Source: an uncultured Sphingomonadales bacterium
Lineage (GTDB): Bacteria > Pseudomonadota > Alphaproteobacteria > Sphingomonadales > Sphingomonadaceae
Length of the DNA stretch: 33,322 nt
Reading direction: 5' to 3'
Assembly: GCA_937898535.1 (NCBI GenBank)
Contig: CALDKP010000171.1
Span: 1-33,322 of the forward strand
Of the stretch, positions 17,954 through 27,374 are shown piece by piece. The notes under the pieces are model-generated. The model worked only from the letters and a program-made list of their open reading frames with translations. It had not been told where the DNA came from and did no database searches. Both the position numbers and the translations under genes were made by a program. Every line of letters begins with the position of its first letter. The first letter of the stretch is position 1.

Positions 17954-19441
17954 TCAATCATAGCCTGCATCGGCATATTGGTCGTCGGCAAGGTCGGTGA
18001 AGCGGGTGATCTTCGCTTCGAACTTCATCCGGACGCGGCCCGTTGAACCGTGGCGCTGCTTGGCGACGATGAGTTCGGCGACGCCAAAGATGCGTTCCAT
18101 CTTTTCCTTCCACGCATCATGCGCGGCTTCGTTGACGGGGTCGGGCTGCTTTGCCGCTTCGTAATAATCTTCGCGATATACGAACCAGACCATATCGGCG
18201 TCCTGCTCGATCGAACCGGATTCGCGAAGGTCGGACAGCATCGGCCGTTTGTCCTCGCGTTGTTCAACCGCACGGCTGAGCTGCGAAAGCGCAATCACAG
18301 GCAGGCCCAGTTCCTTGGCCAAGGTTTTCAAACCACGGCTAATTTCCGAAATTTCATTGACGCGGTTGTCGCCGGAGCGGCTTGAGCCCTGAAGCAACTG
18401 CAAATAGTCAACGACGATTAGCCCGATGCCATGCCGACGCTGCAAACGCCGGGCGCGGGTACGCAGCGCAGCGATGGTCAGCGCGGGCGTGTCGTCAATA
18501 TAGAGCGGCAATTCCTGCAGCTCGCGGCTCGCGCGCGACAGTTCACGAAAATCTTCGCGACTGATTTTCCCCATACGCAGCAGTTCGGAACTGATGCCCG
18601 ATTGTTCGGCCAAGATACGCGTCGCCAGCTGATCCGCCGACATTTCGAGGCTGAAAAAAGCAACCTTGGCACCAGCGCCCTTGGCTTCTTCAATGCCATC
18701 TTCACGCTCGCGGATCCACCGCCGCGCAGCGTTGAAGGCGATGTTGGTGGCAAGCGATGTCTTGCCCATACCCGGGCGACCAGCGAGAATGATAAGGTCG
18801 GAATTGTGCAGACCGCCGCATTTGGCGTTAATGCTATCTAGGCCCGTGGTCACACCGGATAAGCTGCCGCCCGATTGCAATGCCTTTTCAACATTGCGGA
18901 TGGCCTCGGTCGATGCGGCAAGGAAGCTCTTCATCGAGCCGGTTTCGCCCTCACCTTCGGCGACTTTGTACAAAGCGCTTTCCGCGGCTTCGATCTGGCC
19001 CTTGGGGTCAACGCTCTCGCTCGTGTCGAGCGCATTGTCGACCAACGTGCGGCCAACTGTCACCAATTCACGCAGCAACGCGAGGTCATAAATCTGCTGC
19101 GCAAAGTCACGCGCGCCGATCAAGCCAGCGCCATCTGCCGTCAGCTTAATCAAATAGCCCGGTCCCCCAAGCTCCCGCATGGATTCGTCGGCTTCGAAAA
19201 ATGGCTTCAGCGTGACGGGCGTCACCAGCATGTTCCGGTCAATCAGACGCAATATCTGTTCGTAAATGCGGCCGTGCAGCGGTTCAAAGAAATGGTCGGG
19301 CTGAAGTTTGATCGAAACATCTTCGATCACCCGGTTATCAATCAAAATTGCGCCAAGAAACGCTGCCTCCGCCTCAATATTGCGGGGAAGGCGTTGGGGT
19401 TCAGCTTCATTCGCTGCTGCAAGTCTGATAAGTTCGGCCAT
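17954..19441 (-). CDS. dnaB: Replicative DNA helicase
   Basis: AGRPGMGKT, FFSLEMS, VVDYLQLL, LSQLSR, DLRESGSIEQDAD and KQRHG motifs. Confidence 0.98.
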   Translation of the reverse strand: MAELIRLAAANEAEPQRLPRNIEAEAAFLGAILIDNRVIEDVSIKLQPDHFFEPLHGRIYEQILRLIDRNMLVTPVTLKPFFEADESMRELGGPGYLIKLTADGAGLIGARDFAQQIYDLALLRELVTVGRTLVDNALDTSESVDPKGQIEAAESALYKVAEGEGETGSMKSFLAASTEAIRNVEKALQSGGSLSGVTTGLDSINAKCGGLHNSDLIILAGRPGMGKTSLATNIAFNAARRWIREREDGIEEAKGAGAKVAFFSLEMSADQLATRILAEQSGISSELLRMGKISREDFRELSRASRELQELPLYIDDTPALTIAALRTRARRLQRRHGIGLIVVDYLQLLQGSSRSGDNRVNEISEISRGLKTLAKELGLPVIALSQLSRAVEQREDKRPMLSDLRESGSIEQDADMVWFVYREDYYEAAKQPDPVNEAAHDAWKEKMERIFGVAELIVAKQRHGSTGRVRMKFEAKITRFTDLADDQYADAGYD

Positions 19442-19506
19442 GGCTCCCTATCCTTTAGCATGTGCAGCTTCGCAAGGGGGCACAAAAAGAAGTGCGGGGA
19501 TATGGC

Positions 19507-19540
19507 TGTGGACAACAATCGGACAACAAGATGTTCCACA
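19507..19540. promoter_or_regulatory. Two inverted DnaA-box-like sites in the dnaB/UPF0262 divergent promoter
   Basis: TGTGGACAA (19507-19515; reverse complement TTGTCCACA, 1 mismatch to TTATCCACA) and TGTTCCACA (19532-19540). Confidence 0.5.
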
Positions 19541-19587
19541 AATGGGATAGCGCTTGCCCCAAAAATATCTCAAGCTAACACAGCAAC

Positions 19588-20070
19588 ATGAGCGACCCGC
19601 GCATCATTAAAGTTGATCTGGACGAAGCAACGATACTTCGGCGCAATGCCGATATCGAGCAGGAGCGGCGCGTCGCGATCTTCGATCTGATCGAAGATAA
19701 CTTCTTCAAGCCGCTGCGCGATATGGGCGATGGCTATGCCGGGCCATATCATCTGAGCATCAGCGTCGCCGACGGCCGCCTCATCCTCGACATTCGCCGG
19801 CCCGATAATGCGCCACATGAAATGCTCATCCTAAGCTTGGGCCGTTTCCGCCGGGTGGTGAAAGACTATTTTGCCATTTGCGACAGTTACTATCAGGCCA
19901 TTCGCAAGGCGAGTGCTGCCGAAATCGAAACCATCGATATGGCGCGGCGCGGTGTGCATAATGAAGCAGCCGAGTTGTTGATGGAGCGACTTGATGGTAA
20001 AGTTGAGGTCGATTTTGCCACTGCCCGCCGGCTCTTCACGCTCATCTGCGTGTTGCACATCAAAAGCTGA
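19588..20070 (+). CDS. UPF0262 family protein
   Basis: EQERRVAIFDL, KDYFAICDSYY, IETIDMARRGVHNE and TARRLFTLICVLH motifs. Confidence 0.92.
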   Translation: MSDPRIIKVDLDEATILRRNADIEQERRVAIFDLIEDNFFKPLRDMGDGYAGPYHLSISVADGRLILDIRRPDNAPHEMLILSLGRFRRVVKDYFAICDSYYQAIRKASAAEIETIDMARRGVHNEAAELLMERLDGKVEVDFATARRLFTLICVLHIKS

Positions 20071-20183
20071 GCGCCGCGCAGCGCAAAATCTTGTGCTTTC
20101 CGACGGCCATTGCGCAACGGCTATCGACTTCGCGCGGCGGTAACGCCTAGAGGGAGGAATCACACGCTTGAACAGAGGGTCGC

Positions 20184-20870
20184 ATGACTGGGGGTAAACG
20201 CCAATTCGTCCGGTGGGGCATTATCATGCTCGGCATCGCGCTCGCGGTCTATGCGGGCTGGCGTTATGTCACGGCCTGGGCACCGTCGCGCGATGAATAT
20301 CCAGTTCAAGGCATTGTGGTCACCGAACACAATGGCCATCCCAATTGGGCGGAGCTTGGCGCAACGGGTGTCGATTTCGCTTATATCACTGCAGTCGAAG
20401 GCGCGCGCACGCGCGACGCAGAATTCCAAGCCAATTTGGCCGGCGCGCAAGACGCCGGCATCCGCTTCGGCGCACTCCACCATTTTGACATTTGCCGTCT
20501 GGCATCGGACCAAGCGACGATGTTCATTACCAGCGTTCCACGCAACGAAAGCGCCCTGCCCCCTGCGGTCCAGCTCGATTTTTCCGATACGTGCAAAGGG
20601 CGTCCGAACCGCGCGCTGATATTGTCCGAACTCGCGACATTCCTGAACCAGATAGAGGCGCATAGCGGCACACCTGCAATCCTGCTACTCACCCGGGAGT
20701 TTGAGAAGGAGTATCAAGTGAGCAAGTCCATTGATCGCACTGTTTGGCTGGAGGGCAATTGGTTGATCCCCGATTATTCCGCGCGCCCTTGGGTTATGTG
20801 GACGGCCAATTTGCAGCGGCGCATCAACGGCGTTGACGGCCCTGTGCGCTGGGTGGTGGTACGCAAATGA
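20184..20870 (+). CDS. Membrane-anchored glycoside hydrolase family 25 (lysozyme-like) protein, catalytic acids degenerate
   Basis: N-terminal TM; GVDFAYI, RFGALHHF, DQATMF, LPPAV and WVMW match the GH25 barrel pattern. Confidence 0.85.
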   Translation: MTGGKRQFVRWGIIMLGIALAVYAGWRYVTAWAPSRDEYPVQGIVVTEHNGHPNWAELGATGVDFAYITAVEGARTRDAEFQANLAGAQDAGIRFGALHHFDICRLASDQATMFITSVPRNESALPPAVQLDFSDTCKGRPNRALILSELATFLNQIEAHSGTPAILLLTREFEKEYQVSKSIDRTVWLEGNWLIPDYSARPWVMWTANLQRRINGVDGPVRWVVVRK

Positions 20871-21298
20871 CCGACAGCACGCAAAAGCTCGTTCAGCTTG
20901 CCATTGATGCAGCGCAGACCGCGTATGCGCCTTATTCCAACTTTCATGTCGGCACGGCCTTGCTGCTTGATACAGGCGAAATCATCACGGGCAGCAATTT
21001 TGAAAACGCCAGCTATGGCATGACGTTGTGCGCCGAAACAGTTGCCATCGCCAAAGCCAATAGTGACGGCAAATTGCGCGCCATTCGCGAAATCGCGGTG
21101 GCCGGTGGTTTGGCAGGGCATGTGGGCAAAGCAGCTGACCCCATCACCCCGTGCGGCCGATGCCGCCAGATTATCAAGGAAGTGGCGGATCTGACGGATA
21201 TCGATATTCCGGTGCATTGTGCGCACGCAACGGGATATGAAACATTCCGGCTATCGGAATTGCTGCCGCATGGCTTTGGCCCCGCAAATTTGAAATAA
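20867..21298 (+). CDS. cdd: Cytidine deaminase (homotetrameric type)
   Basis: AYAPYSNFHVG, NFENASYG, CAE, PCGRCRQ and LLPHGF motifs. Confidence 0.95.
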   Translation: MTDSTQKLVQLAIDAAQTAYAPYSNFHVGTALLLDTGEIITGSNFENASYGMTLCAETVAIAKANSDGKLRAIREIAVAGGLAGHVGKAADPITPCGRCRQIIKEVADLTDIDIPVHCAHATGYETFRLSELLPHGFGPANLK

Positions 21299-21392
21299 AG
21301 CCGAAGCTGCGTCTTGCGCACGATAATTTCTACGCCGCCACTTGCGCTCACAGTGTAAATTGGCAAAAGCGGACCCATAACAGGGAGTGATT

Positions 21393-21947
21393 ATGTCCAT
21401 ATTGTCCGACATCTGGATCCGCGAGCAAGCCCATGCGACCGGAATGATTGAACCGTTTGTCGAGGCGCAACGGCGCGATGGCTGCATCAGCTATGGCCTG
21501 TCCTCTTATGGCTATGACGCCCGCGTGGCCGATGAGTTCAAGATTTTCACCAATGTCGACAGTTCCATCGTCGACCCAAAAGAGTTTGATCCCAAAAGCT
21601 TTGTCGATCGCAAGACCGACGTGTGCATCATTCCGCCGAACAGTTTTGCGTTGGCACGCACTGTCGAATATTTCCGCATACCACGCGACGTGCTCGTCAT
21701 CTGTCTCGGCAAATCAACCTATGCCCGCTGCGGCATCATCGTGAATGTGACTCCTCTGGAGCCAGGTTGGGAAGGTCATGTTACGCTTGAGTTCAGCAAT
21801 ACCACCCCGCTGCCCGCAAAGATTTATGCCAATGAAGGTGCGTGCCAGTTTCTGTTCCTAAAGGGCGAACAGCCGTGCGAGACGAGCTATGCCGACCGTG
21901 CCGGCAAATATATGGGCCAACGCGGCGTCACTTTGCCCAAGCTTTAA
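21393..21947 (+). CDS. dcd: dCTP deaminase
   Basis: [29 protein letters not shown] and YMGQRGVT motifs. SD GGGAG before ATG 21393. Confidence 0.97.
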   Translation: MSILSDIWIREQAHATGMIEPFVEAQRRDGCISYGLSSYGYDARVADEFKIFTNVDSSIVDPKEFDPKSFVDRKTDVCIIPPNSFALARTVEYFRIPRDVLVICLGKSTYARCGIIVNVTPLEPGWEGHVTLEFSNTTPLPAKIYANEGACQFLFLKGEQPCETSYADRAGKYMGQRGVTLPKL

Positions 21948-22098
21948 ACCTGCCGAAATCCAAGGTTATGGCTCTTATGGGCCCGTCGTGTGTTATTGCT
22001 TCGACCGGGTTTTCGCTGCCCCTCGGCTAGACCCGGTCAACCTTAGGATTCAACGACCACCGCGCAACAGGTGCCGACTAAAAACATCTCCTCCTTTT
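21948..22098 (+). ncRNA. Candidate structured (possibly pseudoknotted) RNA element of unknown family
   Basis: Several complementary segment pairs, with G-U pairs favouring the + strand (detailed in findings). No family recognised. Confidence 0.45.
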
Positions 22099-22156
22099 GA
22101 CATTGCCGCCCGCGCAGCCCATCAGGTTGAGCAACAGAATCACGGGAGAGAGCAGA

Positions 22157-23317
22157 ATGTCAGACGCACGCGAGTTCGATATCATTGTCTATGGCGCCAC
22201 CGGATATACCGGACGACTGGTTGCCGAATATCTCAAGACCAAAACGGGTCTCAAATGGGCAATGGCGGGACGCAGTGCGGATAAGCTGGCGGAAGTACGC
22301 GACCTTGTGGGCGCTGCGGCAGACACACCGTTAATCGTTGCGGACGCGTCAGACCCCGCGTCGCTGGATGCAATGGTGAAGCGCACCAAAGTCGTGCTGA
22401 CCACCGTTGGACCTTATCAGCTCTATGGCAATGAACTGGTCGAAGCCTGCGTTGCCAATGGAACCGACTATACCGATTTGTGCGGCGAGCCCGCATGGAT
22501 GCGCCAAAAAATCGACCAGCATAACGAAGCTGCAAAAGCATCGGGTGCGCGCATTGTCTTTTCCGCAGGGTTCGATTCCATCCCCTTCGATCTTGGCGTG
22601 TTGATGCTGCAAAAGCATTGCGTTGAAACCTTTGGCGCACCTGCGCCACGCGTAAAGGGACGCGTCCGTGCGATGAAGGGCACATTCTCTGGCGGAACAG
22701 CGGCCAGCATGAAGGCGACGATGGCTGCGGCTTCAAAAGACCCGGCGGTTATCAGATATCTCACCAACCCGTTCAGTCTTGCGGGCGGATTTGAAGGTCC
22801 GGCGCAGCCAGCCGGGAACAAGCCCGAATATGACGAAAGCATCGGCAGCTGGGCCACAAGCTTCGTCATGGCACCGATCAACACCAAAAATGTGCACCGT
22901 ACGAACGCCTTGCTTGGCCAGGCCTTTGGTGCAGATTTTGTCTATGACGAAATGATGCTGACCGGTCCCGGCGAACAAGGCGAGGCGATGGCCAAGCATG
23001 TCGCGTCGACGCCGATGATGGGCGGCGACAATGACCCCAAGCCCGGCGAAGGCCCCACCAAAGAAGAACGCGAAACCGGCTTTTACGATGTGCTGTTCAT
23101 CGCGGAATATCCCGATGGCCGGACCGCAAAGCTGAGCGTGAAGGGCGACCGTGACCCGGGCTATGGTTCAACCAGCAAAATGATCAGCGAAACGGCCATT
23201 GCCTTGAGCGAAAATCAGGGTGCGGGCGGTGTCACCACGCCGGGCGCTGCGCTAGGTGAAACGCTCGTTGACCGGTTGCAGAAATATGCCGGATTAAGCT
23301 TTGCCGTTGAGGGCTGA
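22157..23317 (+). CDS. Saccharopine dehydrogenase-like NAD(P)-dependent oxidoreductase (trans-acting enoyl reductase family)
   Basis: YGATGYTG, AGRS, TVGPY, YTDLCGE, GFDSIPFDLG, SGGTAAS and DPGYGSTSKM motifs. SD GGGAGAG; TTGACA at 22097. Confidence 0.9.
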   Translation: MSDAREFDIIVYGATGYTGRLVAEYLKTKTGLKWAMAGRSADKLAEVRDLVGAAADTPLIVADASDPASLDAMVKRTKVVLTTVGPYQLYGNELVEACVANGTDYTDLCGEPAWMRQKIDQHNEAAKASGARIVFSAGFDSIPFDLGVLMLQKHCVETFGAPAPRVKGRVRAMKGTFSGGTAASMKATMAAASKDPAVIRYLTNPFSLAGGFEGPAQPAGNKPEYDESIGSWATSFVMAPINTKNVHRTNALLGQAFGADFVYDEMMLTGPGEQGEAMAKHVASTPMMGGDNDPKPGEGPTKEERETGFYDVLFIAEYPDGRTAKLSVKGDRDPGYGSTSKMISETAIALSENQGAGGVTTPGAALGETLVDRLQKYAGLSFAVEG

Positions 23318-23347
23318 CCCCTTCCAAAACGGTCAGCACGGCTATAT

Positions 23348-24124
23348 ATGGCGCAAGCCATGTTAAGTCGCCTCTTCAAAAAAACTGCCGTTTCGCGGCC
23401 GATTGATACTGCCCGCGTGCCGGACGGTGTGCGCATATACGCCATTGGAGATATCCATGGCCGTGATGACCTGCTGAACGCGCTGTTGACGCAAATTGAC
23501 GCTGATGATCGTGCGCGCGGGGCAGCCGATACCCAGATCATCTTCCTGGGCGATCTTGTGGATCGGGGACCCGGCAGTGCTGCGGTGGTCGAAACCGCAT
23601 TGGCGCTCAAAAATTCGGGCCGCAACGTCCGGTTCCTCATGGGTAATCACGAAGAAGTATTCGTCGGCGCATGCCGCAAAAGCGACCCCAAAGTGACCCG
23701 CTTTTTCCTACGCATTGGTGGCGAGGCGACGGTCTTGTCCTATCCCATCACCCGCGCTGAATATATGGCGCTGGATATGGAGCAGTTGACCGAGCGGCTG
23801 GACACGCTCGTGCCGCGCGAACATGTCGAATTCATCGAAAGCTTTGAAGACCAAATCATCATCGGCGACTATGTCTTCGTCCACGCAGGAATCCGCCCGG
23901 GCGTCCTTCTCAGCGACCAGAAACCAAGCGACATGCGCTGGATCCGCGAAGAATTTATCGACCAACGCGGCGATCTGGAAAAGGTCGTGGTGTACGGACA
24001 CACGATTTACGAAGACGTCGAAGAGCGTGGCTCACGCATCGGTATCGACACCGGCGCGTATGACTCCGGCAAGCTGACGGCATTGGCACTTGAAGGCGGC
24101 GAACGCTGGTTTCTCCAAACATGA
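23348..24124 (+). CDS. PPP-family metallophosphoesterase (Ser/Thr protein phosphatase-like)
   Basis: GDIHG, GDLVDRG, GNHE, VHAG, GHT and IDTGA motifs. Confidence 0.93.
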   Translation: MAQAMLSRLFKKTAVSRPIDTARVPDGVRIYAIGDIHGRDDLLNALLTQIDADDRARGAADTQIIFLGDLVDRGPGSAAVVETALALKNSGRNVRFLMGNHEEVFVGACRKSDPKVTRFFLRIGGEATVLSYPITRAEYMALDMEQLTERLDTLVPREHVEFIESFEDQIIIGDYVFVHAGIRPGVLLSDQKPSDMRWIREEFIDQRGDLEKVVVYGHTIYEDVEERGSRIGIDTGAYDSGKLTALALEGGERWFLQT

Positions 24125-24138
24125 CGGGAATATCATCC

Positions 24139-25452
24139 ATGAAAAAACTACGTTTATTGGCCAGTTTGCTTGCGCTGAGCATAGCTGCACCAGCCGCTGC
24201 GCATGATGGTCCAAGCCCGGAACGCCTGAAGGCGGATGTTGAAAAACTGGTGAGCTTCGGCACGCGGCACACATTATCATCGACTACCGATCCAAAGCGC
24301 GGCATCGGCGCGGCACGGCGCTGGGCACAAAGCGAGTTTGAAAATATTTCTAAGGCCTGCAAGGGCTGTCTGACGACCGAGTTGCTTGAACGGAATATGT
24401 CCGGTCCACGCGTTCCCAATGGCGTAAACATCGTTGATGTCCTTGCGATCAAGCCCGGCAAAATGGGCTGGGACCACGTCATCATTATCGCTGGCCATAT
24501 CGATAGCCGCGTGTCCGATGTGATGGACTTTACCAAAGACGCACCCGGTGCGAACGACGACGGATCGGGCAGCGCGCTCGTTATAGAAGCCGCACGATTG
24601 ATGTCCAAAGAACCCCAAGGCGATGCGACCATCGTGTTTGCGCTTCTGTCGGGCGAAGAGCAGGGCCTAATGGGTGGGCGCTTGCTTGCAGAAACGGCCA
24701 AAGAACGCGGCTGGAAAGTCAGCGCGATGCTGAACAATGACATCGTCGGCGGCACGCTTGGGACCGACGGTCGTATCGTCAAAAATATCGTCCGCGTATT
24801 CAGCGAAGGCATACGCGCATCGGAAGATTTGTCCGGCCAAATGGCGCGCCGCAACAGTGGCGGCGAAGATGACGGCCCAAGCCGTTCGTTGATGCGCTAT
24901 GCCGACAATATTGGTGCAAAGCTATATCCGGACTTGGCACTGGACGTATTCGGCGTCCGCCGCCCCGACCGCTTTGCACGCGGCGGCGATCACCTGCCCT
25001 CGCTTGAGCTCGGTTTCCCCGCAATCCGCTTCACCGTTGGCGTCGAAAATTATCACCACCAGCATCAGGATTTGCGCACCGAAAACGGCATCGAATATGG
25101 CGACACCGTTGACAAGATGGACTTCGACTATCTGGCCAAGGTGACGATGTTGAACGTCTTTACGGCAAATGCGCTTTCGGTCGCGCCCCCTGCTCCGGCT
25201 TCGGCGACATTAGGTGGCGCGGTCACGTCTAACACGACGGTCAAATGGGACGCCGCGCCGGGTGCGGAGCTTTACCGCATTTACCAACGTCGCGCAGATG
25301 CGCAGGATTGGGTGTTCGTCCGCGAAGTACAAGGCACCGAAACCGTGCTTGAAGGCTTGATTGTGGACGATCATTTCGTCGGCGTCAGTTCGGTCAGCGC
25401 GTCCGGCGGCGAGAGCATCATCACCTTTGCCGGATTGCCACCCCGCCGGTGA
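24139..25452 (+). CDS. Secreted M28 family metallopeptidase with C-terminal FN3-like domain
   Basis: Signal peptide MKKLRLLASLL..AAA; GHIDS, PGANDDGSG, GEEQGL, NNDIVG, GGDH and YHHQH motifs. Alternative coupled start at 24121. Confidence 0.9.
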   Translation: MKKLRLLASLLALSIAAPAAAHDGPSPERLKADVEKLVSFGTRHTLSSTTDPKRGIGAARRWAQSEFENISKACKGCLTTELLERNMSGPRVPNGVNIVDVLAIKPGKMGWDHVIIIAGHIDSRVSDVMDFTKDAPGANDDGSGSALVIEAARLMSKEPQGDATIVFALLSGEEQGLMGGRLLAETAKERGWKVSAMLNNDIVGGTLGTDGRIVKNIVRVFSEGIRASEDLSGQMARRNSGGEDDGPSRSLMRYADNIGAKLYPDLALDVFGVRRPDRFARGGDHLPSLELGFPAIRFTVGVENYHHQHQDLRTENGIEYGDTVDKMDFDYLAKVTMLNVFTANALSVAPPAPASATLGGAVTSNTTVKWDAAPGAELYRIYQRRADAQDWVFVREVQGTETVLEGLIVDDHFVGVSSVSASGGESIITFAGLPPRR

Positions 25453-25460
25453 ACCCGCCG

Positions 25461-25499
25461 GAAAACAAATGGGCGCGGCCTTTTCAGACCACGCCCATT
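25461..25499 (-). terminator. Intrinsic terminator of ctrA
   Basis: Minus strand AATGGGCGTGGTCT-GAAA-AGGCCGCGCCCATT is a 14-bp stem with G-U pairs and a GNRA loop, followed by TGTTTT. Confidence 0.75.
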
Positions 25500-25531
25500 C
25501 CCACCCACTCGGGTGATATAATTTAACCGGC

Positions 25532-26233
25532 TCAGGCGACGAGCGGTTCTTCCATTTCGTCGAGATCGCGCAGCACATAGCCACGGCCCCACACGGTTTC
25601 GATGTAATTTTCGCCGCCACATGCGAGCGCAAGTTTTTTGCGCAGCTTGCAGATGAAAACGTCGATAATCTTGAGTTCAGGTTCGTCCATGCCGCCATAA
25701 AGGTGGTTCAGGAACATTTCCTTGGTCAACGTGGTGCCCTTGCGCAGCGAAAGCAGCTCAAGCATCGCATATTCTTTGCCAGTCAGGTGCACACGGCTGC
25801 CGTCGACTTCAACCGTCTTGCCATCGAGGTTAACCGCAAGCTTGCCAGTGCGGATAACCGACTGCGAATGGCCCTTTGAACGGCGCACAACGGCGTGAAT
25901 ACGTGCGACAAGTTCATCGCGATGGAATGGCTTGGTCACATAATCATCGGCACCAAAGCCGAACGAGCGGACCTTTGAGTCCATTTCGCTGATACCGGAA
26001 AGGATCAGCACGGGTGTCTGCACCTTGGCCACGCGCAGCTTCTTCAGAACGTCATAACCGTGCATATCGGGCAGGTTAAGGTCGAGCAATATGATGTCAT
26101 AATCATACAGCTTACCCAGATCGAGGCCCTCTTCGCCCAAATCGGTGGTGTATACATTGAACCCTTCGGTCGCGAGCATCATCTCGATGGCCTTGGCCGT
26201 GGTTGGTTCATCTTCAATCAAAAGCACACGCAT
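25532..26233 (-). CDS. ctrA: Cell-cycle master response regulator CtrA
   Basis: [61 protein letters not shown] and IETVWGRGY. Start set at MRVLL. Confidence 0.98.
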   Translation of the reverse strand: MRVLLIEDEPTTAKAIEMMLATEGFNVYTTDLGEEGLDLGKLYDYDIILLDLNLPDMHGYDVLKKLRVAKVQTPVLILSGISEMDSKVRSFGFGADDYVTKPFHRDELVARIHAVVRRSKGHSQSVIRTGKLAVNLDGKTVEVDGSRVHLTGKEYAMLELLSLRKGTTLTKEMFLNHLYGGMDEPELKIIDVFICKLRKKLALACGGENYIETVWGRGYVLRDLDEMEEPLVA

Positions 26234-26307
26234 TGGGCAAACCCCTTTTTGAAACCTTTGCACCCCCGAAGCAGCACGGGCAAAGCCGAGTGATGCGACG
26301 GACTTTA

Positions 26308-26420
26308 TTAACCATAAGGTAAATGAACTGAAAAGGTTAATTTGGCATTAACGCTTGGTTTTCCACGAGTCGCGGGATTTAACTTCACAAATAATGACGT
26401 TTTCTGCGGGTTTGAGAGTC
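26308..26420 (-). promoter_or_regulatory. ctrA promoter with CtrA boxes and CcrM GANTC sites
   Basis: Perfect TTAA-N7-TTAAC at 26337-26352; TTAACCATAAGGTAA at 26308-26322; GAGTC at 26367 and 26416. Confidence 0.85.
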
Positions 26421-26626
26421 ATGCGACCACCCAAAAATTATTTGGGAAAATGCGCCTAAATTGCTCTTCGAATGACCAAAAGTGCAAAATCATGCGTGAG
26501 AGGACGTTAATTTTGCGATGGCATAGTGCAGCCTATGCGGATTAAGGTGTACTTGAACCCGCCCGCATCGATATTATCTCTGACATATTCCGGCGGTTCA
26601 TTTCCCCGCCGATGCGGGTATTTTGC

Positions 26627-27352
26627 ATGACTGACACGAGCGTATCCAACGGCCTCCATATCGAGGCACGGCCCTTCCGATCGCTGGGCAAGCGCGACCA
26701 TGGCTGGCTGAAGCCCAATTTTCACTTCAGCTTTTCGGATTATTATGACCCCGCTCGGATGAGCTGGGGTGCCATTCGCGTTTGGAACGATGATGAGATC
26801 GCCGCGCAATCGGGCTTTGCGCCGCATGCGCACGACAATATGGAAATCATCACATACGTCCGCGAAGGCGCGATCACGCATAAGGACAGCATGGGCAATG
26901 TTGGCCGGACCGAGGCTGGCGACGTGCAAGTCATGTCGGCGGGAACGGGCGTCACGCACAGCGAATATAATCTGGAAGACGGCCTATGCCGCTTGTTTCA
27001 AATCTGGGTCCTGCCCCGCAACCGCAATGTCCCGCCAGCATGGGACCAGAGGCAATTCCCCAAAGGGGATCGTTCGGGCGCATTCAATGTGCTGGCGAGC
27101 GGCTATGACGAAGACGGCGCGCTGGCCATTAACGCCGATGCCCGCGTGCTTGGCGCGACCATCAGTGCCGGGGCGACGGCGGAATATGCATTGGCCGCAG
27201 GCAATCATGCCTATCTGGTTCCGGCAACGGGTCGCATCCGCATTGCCGGCGTCGAATATGGTGCACGCGACGGTGTCGCAATCAAGGGCAGCGGTATGTT
27301 GCACATTGAAGCCATCGAAGATGCCGAACTGGTGATGGTCGACAGCGCATAG
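26627..27352 (+). CDS. Pirin family protein (YhhW-like)
   Basis: DHGWL, FHFSFSDYYDP, HAHDNMEIITYV, HKDSMGN, QVMSAGTGVTHSE and FQIW motifs. Start could be 26612. Confidence 0.93.
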   Translation: MTDTSVSNGLHIEARPFRSLGKRDHGWLKPNFHFSFSDYYDPARMSWGAIRVWNDDEIAAQSGFAPHAHDNMEIITYVREGAITHKDSMGNVGRTEAGDVQVMSAGTGVTHSEYNLEDGLCRLFQIWVLPRNRNVPPAWDQRQFPKGDRSGAFNVLASGYDEDGALAINADARVLGATISAGATAEYALAAGNHAYLVPATGRIRIAGVEYGARDGVAIKGSGMLHIEAIEDAELVMVDSA

Positions 27353-27374
27353 CCTCACGCGCTATGGGCGGGTT

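Noticed and set aside
22043-22087. Minus-strand mini-ORF MFLVGTCCAVVVES after AAGGAGGAG (possible type I toxin or leader peptide)
   Set aside because: SD-to-ATG spacing is only 0-3 nt, and the G-U pairing pattern favours a + strand RNA. Not fully excluded.
21948-22098. Assignment of the structured element to 6S, SRP, tRNA, tracrRNA or an HDV/hammerhead ribozyme
   Set aside because: It lacks the SRP loop motif, a cloverleaf, the hammerhead core and the short HDV P3 geometry. There is no cas gene or usual 6S gene context.
26234-26263. 10-aa N-terminal extension of CtrA
   Set aside because: CtrA orthologues begin at MRVLL.
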